A DNA stretch of 64,000 nt. Source: Haplodiscus bocki (taxonomy: Eukaryota). Position numbers and translations under genes: made by a program. Positions 14,285 through 23,925 of the stretch are shown here, piece by piece. Where the stretch lies: the NCBI GenBank assembly GCA_965655095.1, contig OZ296649.1, positions 94,674,001 through 94,738,000 of the forward strand, read 5' to 3'. Under the pieces are notes generated by a model, which ran no database searches, was not told where the DNA came from, and saw only the letters and a list, made by a program, of their open reading frames with translations. How positions within the stretch are numbered: the first letter of the stretch is position 1; the number at the start of each line of letters is the position of its first letter.

Positions 14285-14432
14285 AGAGGAGAAATACCCA
14301 GTAGACATAATTATAAGAATCTTTGAAAGGGTTTTGGCTGGTGGGGTCTTGCAACTGTGGGTTCATCAACATTGCAGAATCAGATTCCTCAGTTTCATCA
14401 CCCTCAAAGCTAACGGAAGACCTAGAACTCAT
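14285..14432 (-). CDS. SLC29A: Equilibrative nucleoside transporter (ENT/SLC29 family), coding exon 1
   Basis: ATG at 14432, MSSRSS...PFKDSYNYVYWVFLL (ENT N-terminus entering TM1). Ends at a GTAAG donor (14284), phase 1. The four exons (148+186+240+776 = 1350 nt) give a 449-aa open frame. Confidence 0.9.
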
Positions 14433-14625
14433 TGTACCTAAAAGAGATAAAAAATTATAACTGAAAACTTCATATTTAGACAGAGGATTCGGTTAAAACA
14501 TATTTTACTTTCACCACTTTACAAATTCAACACTTCTGTTCATCTGTTCAGTACTGTGAGCAGGTAGTCCTCTATTCACAGCTCCCAATGCTAGTGACTT
14601 CTTTCACTGCAAGTGTTACTGGACC

Positions 14626-17480
14626 TCACTGCAACGTCATCTGAGTTGGTCTCAACATGAATTTTCTTTTCTCCCAGCACTTGTCCAGCCTTGATTTGAA
14701 TGTAGTGGTGTTAACGGATTCGATAAACTCTCTAGGGAGGTTGTTCCACTCTTTCACCACCATCTGTGTGAAGAAATGCTTCCTAAGGCTAGTTCGACTT
14801 TTATTCATTTTCAGCTTCAATGCGTGGCCTTTGGTCCTATTGTGCCCCTCACGGGTCAGCAGATTTGTCGTCACAGATTGATCGTACCGAGTTGTTGGTA
14901 AGCATTTTGAAGACTTCAATCATATCTCCTCTCAAGCGTCTATATGCTAAGGTTGGCATGCCAAGTTTTTTCAGTCTCTCTTCGTAAGATAGGTCTTTTA
15001 ACTCATGTACACGTTTTGAAGCCCTTCTTTGCACATTCTCGATGAGGTTTTGGAGTTTGACTGACGTGGGGTTCCATACAGAAGTGGCGTACTCTAGGTG
15101 CGGTCTAACAATGCCTCGGAAGAGGAACCTGAATTTCAAAATATCCAATTGAAAGGTCCGTTTGATGAGGCCAACCAATCGATTGGCTTTATTGACTTTA
15201 TTCACAATGTGTTTTTCGAATTTCAGGTCTGTGTCAAATGTCACTACTAAGTCCGTCTCAGTATTATCGCTTGAGATCGGTAGTAGTTTCCCTCGCTCGG
15301 CGTAGTACTCTCGTTCAAGCTTCTTGGCTCTTCCAAACTTTAGTATCTTTGCCTTTTTCGGATGAAACGGCAGCAGCCATTTTTTGCTCCAATCTTCAAG
15401 CCTGTAGAGGTCATTTTGAAGCGATTCACCATCTTCCTTACAGTTCACCTCTTGGTAGATCTTTGTATCATCTGCGAACATCCATGCTTCATTCTCAACA
15501 GCTGCAGGTAGGTCGTTTATGAAGATCACAAAAAGAAGTGGCCCTAGAACGCTTCCTTGCGGGACTCCACTCAAGACTAGATTTTTGGACGATTTTTGAC
15601 CGTTGACAGCCACATGTTGCTTCCTGTTTGTTAGGAAAGTTTCTATCCATCGGTATAACTTTCCTCGAATTCCGTATGACCAGATCTTTGCCATCAGTCT
15701 CCTATATGGAACCTTATCAAAGGCTTTTTGGAAGTCACAATAAACGCAGTCAATGCCTCCGCCTCTATCAAGAATCTGTGTCCACTCTTCTAAGACTTTC
15801 AGCAATTGTAGACTCGTCGATCTTCCTTTCACGAAGCCATATTGTCTATCAGAAATCAAGTTGTTCGACGTCATGTGGGAAATGATATCATCTCTGATAA
15901 TGCTTTCTAGTACTTTACATGCGATGCATGTTAGGCTGACCGGTCGATAGTTCTCCACTTTCTTTTTGTCACCTTTCTTGAAGAGTGCTGTCACCCTCGC
16001 CTCCTTCCAGTCCCCGGGTAGCTCGCTTTTAGCAATGGTGCTTAAAAAAACGATCTGCAGTGGTTCAGTCAAAACTTCTGACAGTTCGGCAAGCACATGA
16101 GGATGGATTTCGTCAAAGCCCGGTGACTTTGTCCTGTTTAGTTCTGCCAACTTCTTTCTGATGGCTGATTCAGTTATGAGGGGCTCCTCAATGTATGAGT
16201 CGACAACAAATTTGTCAATTTCCGGGGGAGGGGTTTTCTCTTCTACAAAAACACTGCTGAAGTAGGTATTCAAGACTTCAGCCTTTCTGGTGTCTGAGGA
16301 TACTACCTCTCCGTCTTCCACGACGAGGTCACTTATGCCAGTTCTGGCTTTAACTTTTGAGTTCACAAAGGTTCAAAATCTCTTCGGGTTTCGTTTTGCT
16401 TCCCGGGCAATTTCGTCTTCAATTTCTCTAGCTTTGGACCTTGTTCGACTCCGGATGTAATTTCTCGCTCTACAGAACTCGTTGTAAGCTGTTTTTGTTT
16501 TGACTCTGAGGTATTTTCTCCAGAGGCTGTTCTTCTTTCGGATTTGTTGTAAGAGGTCTTTATCCAAGGGAACCGAAAACTGTTTTGTGGATCCGGAAAT
16601 GGCTTTTGGCAAACTTTTCTACTGCTGCGCTGATTCTTTTACAAGATTTCATGCTTCGTTGACGCTTGGGGCAGTAGAGAGTACATCAACCCAGTGGTTG
16701 TTTGACAGTACCTCGCGCATGCTTTCGTAGTCTCCCTTAGAATACTTCGATCTTGTTCCTTTTTTGCAGCGTGTTCTTTCCACCTGGGAGAGTTCGAAAG
16801 AAATCACCGAATGGTCACTCTTTCCAAAAGGAGCTTGGCACTGCATGTCGTCGATCTCTGTATCTGCATCCGTGAAGACAAGATCAAGAATGCTAGGGTC
16901 ATCAGATCCTCTGCCTCTTGTTGCAAATTGGACGTGTTGGTGCCAGAAGCAGTCCCTTACCAATTCAGTGAATGAGTGCTCGTTACTGTTCTCACTAAGC
17001 GGTGTCCAGTTCAAGGACCAATCAATTTTCGGGAAGTTGAAATCTCCTACGATAACTTCGTGCGTGAAATTCATGTGATACAGCTCTAAGAGTGTTCATT
17101 AAGGCCTGTTGCTCTTGGGTATCTGAATTCCAGTGACGATAGACGCACCCGAACAAGATTTTTTTCTTTTTTTCCGTTACAAAGTTGAACAAGAATAGTG
17201 TCTTCTGGGCATCCGTTGATCTCAACTCGACTAGACTGAAGCCCAATATCCTGCCTAACGTATACTATTGTACCTCGATGTTCCTTGTTGTTAATTTGTT
17301 TGCTGTAGAATGCGTCATATCCTTCAAAAGCGATATCTGCTTCCTCCAACACAAAGCCATGCTTTTTTGGTTTTACTTCCATCAGGCCGAAAACATCCGG
17401 CTTCTCACTTACTAGCCTTGCACTGATTTCCTCCTTTTTGTTTGTCATCGCATCAGTATTGGAAAAAAGAAACTTCAAGG
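14626..17480 (-). pseudogene. CR1 ORF2: AP endonuclease plus reverse transcriptase (disrupted)
   Basis: APE motifs LKFLFSN, FGLMEVKPK, VIVGDFNFPKIDW, LDLVFT, SDH. RT motifs NYRPVSLT, DFQKAFDKV, SGVPQGSVLGPLLF, FADDTK. C-terminal RTKGHALKL...RKHFFTQ..V.EWN.LP. Several frameshifts, and TGA stops at 16649 and 16373 where Trp would be expected. Confidence 0.95.
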
Positions 17481-18512
17481 ATTGTCGACGAAGGCACCGT
17501 CTAGGCTCTCCGCTGACAGTTTCTCTTTCCGCTTCAGTTTCTGTACCTCTAGTCTGTTCGGAGGTCCTCTCATTCTGTACATGTAGTTTTTTTGCATTCT
17601 CTCCATCTTTGTTTTCGGCCTCTTCAATTTTCAACTTGATCTGCTTCCTCAGATCTTGCGAGAGGTCGTATGAAACGCTGATTGAAGCGAATGATTTGTC
17701 TGCTGCTCTCAACTTTCTCAAATTTCTGAAAAGTAAGTCCCGATCCTCCTTGGAAGGCAATACAATCTTCAGTGGTCTTGAACTCACTCGTTCTGCAGTA
17801 GTACCGTCGCTGTCCTTTGATGTTTTCTTTGCTCCAAGTCTGATTGCTTTTGTTGGTTTGAGGTCACCAATACCTAGTAAGTCTTCGGTGAGCTGTTGGA
17901 AAAACTTGATGTCATCTCCAGCTCTCGCACTGGCCTCCGATTTGTCACTCTCAGGTACTCGATGAAGGATGACGTTTTTTCCCGTTTTTCTTGATCTGCT
18001 TGCTCCAGTCTTTCGTTCTCAATCGTCTCTTTCATGATGGTTCCCAAACCTTTCACCAAGGGAGCATTCCGTTGGGTAACTTCGGACCAGCTCTGTGCGC
18101 TTTTTCGGTCTTCTGAAAGTAAGTTTTCAAGTTTAACTGCAAGGTTTTGTTGGAAAAGTGACAGTTTATCTTCAATCAGCTTCGTGTTGGTGTCTCTAAT
18201 CTCATCGAGTTTGTCTTCCATGACCTTTGCAACAATCGTTTCCTGCGCCTTAGCGTCAATTTGCTTCTCGTCTTTCAACAACCGTTCCATACCCTTCGTT
18301 TCGCAAGATTTGCACAGCCACACCAGTCCAGAGGTTTTTGACATGGCCATCAAGATGCTTGATGGTAATCCTGAGCAGTTACCTGCGTGGTACCATGAGT
18401 TGCACAGAATACATGCTACCGAGCCGTCTTTACATTCACCTGCGCATGCACCACAAGGGTACTTGGTCGAAGTCAATCTCGTATTGTGATTATGACTCAT
18501 GATGTTCGGCAT
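17475..18512 (-). pseudogene. CR1 ORF1: PHD finger, coiled coil and C-terminal ORF1 domain (two 1-nt frameshifts)
   Basis: C4HC3 PHD finger CGAC...CILCNSWYHAGNC...WLCKSC, a coiled coil, and EKREKNVILHRVPES...RPLKIVL...ISVSYDLS...YMYRMRGPP after correcting indels in A-runs near 17978 and 17590. Confidence 0.88.
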
Positions 18513-18624
18513 ATTATGGCGGAAATCAGAATTGCTAGGAGATTCTCGCGCCAACAGAGATCAGACCCGAGGCACTGAGCAAGCTCGCGCCAACAGAGAT
18601 CCTTCTCTCGAGGCACTGAGGAGA

Positions 18625-19239
18625 TCAGAGAGCTCGAATTAGAGGACTACCTGCGTTTCTTTTCTGGAAGCGTTGTCGCTGTCGCTGATTTGGCCGGATG
18701 TTCTTTTTCTTCTTCACCTGTTGGGCAACTGTGATGTTGGATGATAGCACTTCTTTAATATGGTCTGTAACGGCTTGCAATACCTTCAATTCCGTTGTAA
18801 CTTTTGGATGGACTTTTCGGAGGTCAGATTCGAATTCGTTGTCCGTCAAGTCAACCTTCGATTCGATGTCGATGATGTCAATGCCGGTTTCTTTGAGTGC
18901 TGTCAACACGTTATCAGTGTCGTTTCGTTGTATGTGAACTATTGCTGTGATGCGTGATCTCAGCGATACTAAGGTTTGGATAAACTCTACAATGGGACAC
19001 GGTTGGAAGTCGTTTTTTTTTTCGTGGCTGTTGATTGTATTATTGACAGCGTCGTGCCAGATAACCAATCCACTTGCTCCAGTAAGTTCTCCTTGGAGCC
19101 ACTCTTGGGCAAGTTTGCACTTGCTTCGAGGGTGGAAGGAAAGGCCTCCCTCGGCGTCGATGCGACTGAAAAGAGTCTCTGATCGAAAAGCTGTCTTGCA
19201 GTTTCTCAAAGAGCTGGCACCAATCAGTGTAAACACCAT
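18625..19239 (-). CDS. LINE-borne SGNH/GDSL-hydrolase-like (esterase-type) ORF, 204 aa, intact
   Basis: Motif blocks LIGASSL, GGLSF, LVIWHDAVNN and DLRKVHP follow the order of SGNH blocks I, II, III and V, and there is a basic K/R tail. Clearly homologous to 23272-23925. Lies inside the TSD-bounded element. Confidence 0.7.
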   Translation of the reverse strand: MVFTLIGASSLRNCKTAFRSETLFSRIDAEGGLSFHPRSKCKLAQEWLQGELTGASGLVIWHDAVNNTINSHEKKNDFQPCPIVEFIQTLVSLRSRITAIVHIQRNDTDNVLTALKETGIDIIDIESKVDLTDNEFESDLRKVHPKVTTELKVLQAVTDHIKEVLSSNITVAQQVKKKKNIRPNQRQRQRFQKRNAGSPLIRAL

Positions 19240-19358
19240 AAGCAGACTTCACCCGTCTACGGCTAGAGCGACGGGACTTGGCATAGAAGAATAAGTCCAG
19301 GCTCTAGCGCGCAATTTATCTATAAACAAACAACGCGGTGAAAAAGGAAGGGAAAAAT

Positions 19359-19418
19359 CTATTTAATAAGTTTATCACAACAATTAGGCTATTTAATAAG
19401 TTTATCACAACAATTAGG
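19359..19418 (-). other. Two tandem copies of a 30-nt candidate spliced-leader sequence at the LINE 5' end
   Basis: Minus strand cAG|CCTAATTGTTGTGATAAACTTATTAAATAG x2, immediately inside the TSD. The last 14 nt recur at the 5' end of a different LINE (23186-23199). Confidence 0.7.
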
Positions 19419-20430
19419 CTGCACTTCAATAATCACTGACTCCAAAACAATAACTTCAACAAAAATTTGGATTCCGCCCTTCCGAGAGTCTCAAGGGCAA
19501 CCGGCTATACGAAGACATTTTGGTACTTCATGGTTTCAACTTCCTCTGCCACTGTTCAGCCTACCTCTTCGTTTACGTTGTAGGAAGTAGCGATACTGCG
19601 GCAGCTGGTGATATCCCATGCCAATAGCCTACCCACTTTCTGTTGTATGTCGCCTTTTGCCCAGCTGGGCTAAACACTGCATTGCTGCGTGGTATCGTCT
19701 AGTGGTTCGAGATCTTTGTTTTCCCAGACATCTGCTTTCGTGCCTTGCAAGGTGTTCTAAAATTTTGACTAATAATAAGTTTTGTGGCAATTAGAAACCT
19801 AATCAGGCGCTATAACTAAACTCAAATAGAAAACCATATTTTGTACATTGAACCACTTAAATTTTTAGGATTTCACGTGCTGGACCCTTAATATAGAACT
19901 CTAAGGGCACTGAAAACTTAGATTGGATAAAAAAAAACTAGCTAACATAATATGGGTGACAATAAATCAGAGTGGTAACATAAAGAGATAGCAACGTAAG
20001 ATGGCTGCGGCGAGTTTTGTTGAAGTGAAAAAGTCTATTCAGTTCATAAAAATGGAAATAGCTACCGCTACCATACAGCAACACACTGCCACAAAAAAAC
20101 CGAGATTCACACAGCAGCACCAAAAAAAACTACAACCCGAGCTCAACCTTTTATTTCCGCCCATACGTAGAAATGGAAAGCAAATAGTCCACTGAACGCG
20201 TGCTTTTCTTACGTTTACTTTCCAATTGAAAATGCCCGACGCTTCTGGATACAAAACTTTTATCAAACTACATCAAAGTTGCCGTACAAATTGACTGGAA
20301 TAGAAAAATTTCCAATTCTTACACAATGAGTTCTTTAAAAAAATATATGTATTCTCGAAAAACATTTTTTTTCAAAATCAATGAGAATGGCAAAAACGAT
20401 CTAGTCTGCGTATCTACTGGTATTATTTTC

Positions 20431-20550
20431 TGTTGCGAGAGAAAACAAGCTTCGTGTGTAAGCTTTAACTAACGTACACAATCTAAAAGCACATTAAGTA
20501 CGTACGGAACGCATAATAAAAAGATTCACAGTTCACAAAAACACGAAATT
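20431..20550 (-). repeat. Putative 3' LTR of the gypsy element
   Basis: Shares gagaaaa.aagct, aagctt.aactaacgtacacaat.taaaag and cggaacgcata with 36768-36905. Begins TGTTG on the + strand. An adjacent C-run at 20553 would be a PPT on the minus strand. Confidence 0.6.
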
Positions 20551-21748
20551 ATCCCCCAATAAAGTTTGATACTGAAATCGCTGAGTTAATTTCGTCATTT
20601 CGGATTGATCAGACTAGGGAGATTTTCCGAAGCGATGATTTTCGCAGCTGTACGGGACATTCTTTCGATTCCGCGAACGTTTCTCTGCCATTTGGACTGG
20701 CAAAAATTGGATTCTCATTTCGCTCCTGCTGAGGCTCCTTCGTCGACTGTTGACCATTGTCTTCGTCGGGTGTACACACTTGATTTTCGATTTCGCTGGC
20801 CGGGACTGGTGCTGCGGGCATCGTTGCTCTTTGGTCAGAATCAACAACGTCGGCGGAATTTGGTTATAAACGAGGGACGTCGCATTGCATTCTCCGGCTA
20901 TTCTCTTTCGATTGCACTTGGTTCGAGTCTAGTATTTCGCTGCACCCTGGGGCCAATGTCTTTGTGGAAACGGTGTCAATGCGACCGCTAGGGGAAGCGA
21001 TTCGGGTTTAATGAGGGCCAACAACCTCGAAAATCGTCACAGGTCAAGAAACTGGGTCCTCCTTGCCACGTAAATATTTCCGCAAGAATGCGTGATTCCC
21101 AATGGTGGGACACGGAGGCTAACACTAACCAAGTTCACGATGTCCCTCAAATTTGATGTCTTGAGTGTGGTGTTTCATCAGATGCGGTACACAACATGGT
21201 TCTGATGATAGATAAGGCATCTGGAAGTACGATTTCTCAGAAATAAGGATTCAATAGACGACTCTCCAGGGAAATGGCGGTCTTGAATTTTGTTAGCTTG
21301 AACCTCTCGCATTGACCTTTACCTCATGGATTATATGGAGTTCTCATAGAGTGTGGAATTTCAATGTCCGTGCAGAAACTTTCGAACTCCGCAGACAAAA
21401 TTTGAATTCCACGGTCGCTATGAATAATTGATGGAGTTCCCAATACAGGTAAAAATTTCCGAAGATGTAGTTTCGGTTGAAGTGACCTCCTCGATACTAA
21501 ACACCAAGGAGATACGACTGTGATCATAGATTGTTCTCGATGGACATCGGTTTTCAGTCCCATATAAAAGTCTCCTCGGACCGACGAGGTCGATAGATAA
21601 CCGTTCCAAGGGACGAGTAGCTCCAACAACGGCAGAGGGTAACTTCGGTTTGAAGAAGGTTAGTTTAATCTCTTGACATGTCCGGCACTCAGATTTAGAT
21701 GACTTGACCCCGGCTAGAGACAAGGCGTAACTGTGCCGTCATAAAATT

Positions 21749-23185
21749 CTGCTGCTGCAAATGAATTCTTACTAAAATCAGTCAATATCTTGCTAAATAT
21801 TGTAAGAAGCTTAATCGACTTGAACAAAAGAATTAAATTTGCTGACTATGTCTACAGACTTAACTTTGACGTTTTACTTTTAACTGAGACATGGCTCACT
21901 TTTGACATAAAAAAGGCAGAACTGTTTCTTCCCGATTATGATATTATACGAAGCGAAAGACCAACTGAATGAGACGAACTGAATCAGATACAAAGCGATA
22001 AACCAACTGAATCAGATGCGTCTCGCCATGGCGGTGTAACGATAGCTGTGAAGAAAACAATCAAAACCGAGGAAGTTAGTGTGGCTGAATTACCCTTATC
22101 AGTTCAATCTCCACATCGCGTTACTAGGCTAATTGGCTTAGAACCTTTGTACATCGCAGTTCTCTACAATCCTCCAGCGGGAAGCAAATACCAGATATTT
22201 ATTGCGGATTTACAAAAAATATTCCGCTTCCTTGGGAAAACGTGCCCCAAGCGTCTCCTCTTTACCGGTGACTTCAACATGCCTCACACAAGTTGGAGTA
22301 CCTTTGATTCTGTCAACGAATATGAAAAGCAGCTCGCTTCGCTTCTGTTCGATTTGAAATTAAAACAATATATCGATTTCATTACAACAAAGAAAAGCTG
22401 TTTGATCTTGTGTTTTGCAATGAAGGTTCAATCATTATTGATACAAAGCTGTGCGGAAATCTGTCTCGGTTCTCAGACTATTTTCCCATCACGATCAATA
22501 TGTCCATAAATAGTAAAGTTGCAGAGAAATTATCAACGGGATACTTTAGTTACTGCAATTGTGATTTCCAGGCATTGAATGAGGATATCATTGCCAATCC
22601 ATCCGAACCGTACTCCTATAGCAATGTGGATGTCAATACGAATCTTTGGTATGAATGGATACTTAAATTGATCGAAAAACATGTTCCTATCCGAACTAAA
22701 AACAGACAACTACTGCCTCCATGGACATCTGATGAGACATCACATCACATGAACAAGATAAAAACTGAGCGAAGAAAATTACAGAAAAGGGGACTCTGTT
22801 CGTCTGAAAAACTGAAAAAGCTAACCGAAGAATGTGATCAATTGCAAACAATTGATAGAGTCGAATACGAACAAAGGCTTTTTGCCAGCAGACATAAAGG
22901 ACGAATTTTCAAATAGTTGAAAAGCCTGAAAAAAGACAGTCTACCGCCAGTCATAAAATCTGAAAGCTTGAAAAAGGATGCTAGCACAGATCTCGAGAAA
23001 GCAAACCTTTTTAAAAATTACTTTACTACGGTAGTGACTAATGACGATTATGAATACTTCGAACCAAGCGAACAGCATAATTTTGGGGAAAATGACATCA
23101 TAATAACGGAAGATTTAATAAAAGCGGAGCTAAAGTCACTTAACGTCTCGAAGAGCAGAGGTCACGATTCGATACCACCCATATT
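21749..23185 (+). mobile_element. L2/CR1-group LINE copy A, 5' part (APE domain and linker), 5'-truncated
   Basis: LLNIVRSL, LLLTETWL, YDIIRSER, HGGV, LYNPP, FTGDFNMP motifs. Breaks off at ..KSRGHDSIPPI (ATATT, 23181-23185). Confidence 0.9.
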
Positions 23186-23199
23186 AACTTATTAAATAG
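23186..23199 (+). other. Partial candidate spliced-leader sequence (3' 14 nt) at the 5' end of LINE copy B
   Basis: AACTTATTAAATAG is an exact match to the 3' end of the 30-mer at 19359-19418, and it sits exactly at the insertion junction. Confidence 0.65.
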
Positions 23200-23271
23200 T
23201 TTCAGTGCCTGATTGAAAAGACCGGATACTGGAGAGCCCTTACGTGAAAGGGATTCTAGAAGCCGGCATTT

Positions 23272-23925
23272 ATGGTTTATGTAATTGGAGCAAGTTCGCT
23301 GAACGCTACAATCGGAAGGGTACCCTACAATGTGAGGAGAGAATTATTTGGCAGAAGCTACAGCCTTGGAGGGCTCAGTTTCAACTGGAACGCTAAAAAC
23401 CCATTGAAGGTGTTACAAAATCTACTGACAGGAAGGGGTGTACTTGCCAGAAAGTATAAAGTGATAATTTGGCACGACATTATAAACAATTCGATTAGCA
23501 AACATCGAAGCAACAACTACAGGGCCATAAGTGTTGAAAATTTACTCCAAATACTGCGTGACTTCAGTCATAGAATCGAAGCCGTAGTATATTGTAGACG
23601 TGAAGGAGCCCCTGACAATTTTCGCAAATTGTTGGAGAGCAAAATTACCATACTAGACGTTAAATCAAACCTTCTATCCCACCGCAACAGTAAAGATTTC
23701 ATAGTTCTGCACGACCTGAAACAAACCCACCCGTCCACTGAACTCGAAGCCCGATTGCTCTCAACTGTTTGGCGGCACAGAAAGAACTTAAAATTTTTTT
23801 ATAAGAATAACAAGAAGAAGTCGAAACCGTGCGAACCAAAGAAGCAAAACAAGCCATCAAAAAAAGAAAGAGAAAAAGCTAAACCGAAGAAAGAAAAGCT
23901 GTCTTCATCTTGTGTTTTGCAATGA
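23272..23925 (+). CDS. LINE ORF1, SGNH/GDSL-hydrolase-like, 217 aa (last ~10 codons come from the deletion junction)
   Basis: VIGASSL, SLGGLSF, VIIWHDIINN and DLKQTHP motifs plus a lysine-rich tail. Homologous to 18625-19239. Confidence 0.72.
   Translation: MVYVIGASSLNATIGRVPYNVRRELFGRSYSLGGLSFNWNAKNPLKVLQNLLTGRGVLARKYKVIIWHDIINNSISKHRSNNYRAISVENLLQILRDFSHRIEAVVYCRREGAPDNFRKLLESKITILDVKSNLLSHRNSKDFIVLHDLKQTHPSTELEARLLSTVWRHRKNLKFFYKNNKKKSKPCEPKKQNKPSKKEREKAKPKKEKLSSSCVLQ

Larger units (their letters stand above)
14537..19421 (-). mobile_element. Full-length decayed CR1-group non-LTR retrotransposon with three ORFs
   Basis: Flanked by direct repeat CACTTC (14531-14536 and 19422-19427). The 3' end has an 8-nt tandem tail (TGAACAGA)2 at 14535-14550. 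Contains SGNH-like, PHD-finger and APE-RT coding regions. Confidence 0.9.

Noticed and set aside
14626-18512. CR1 element is active and its frameshifts are only sequencing errors
   Set aside because: Several indels are in homopolymers, but there are also in-frame TGA stops (16649, 16373) and non-homopolymer frameshifts, which indicate real decay.
14657-19294. Plus-strand ORFs overlapping the CR1 element (e.g. 17438-17965, 18034-18489)
   Set aside because: Antisense shadows of the minus-strand LINE ORFs with no independent motifs.
19359-19418. 30-bp repeat as a CRISPR array or as the SL RNA gene itself
   Set aside because: Only two adjacent copies with no spacers, in eukaryotic context. The terminal AG is followed by ATTTTT rather than a GT donor, so it looks like a processed leader and not an SL RNA gene.
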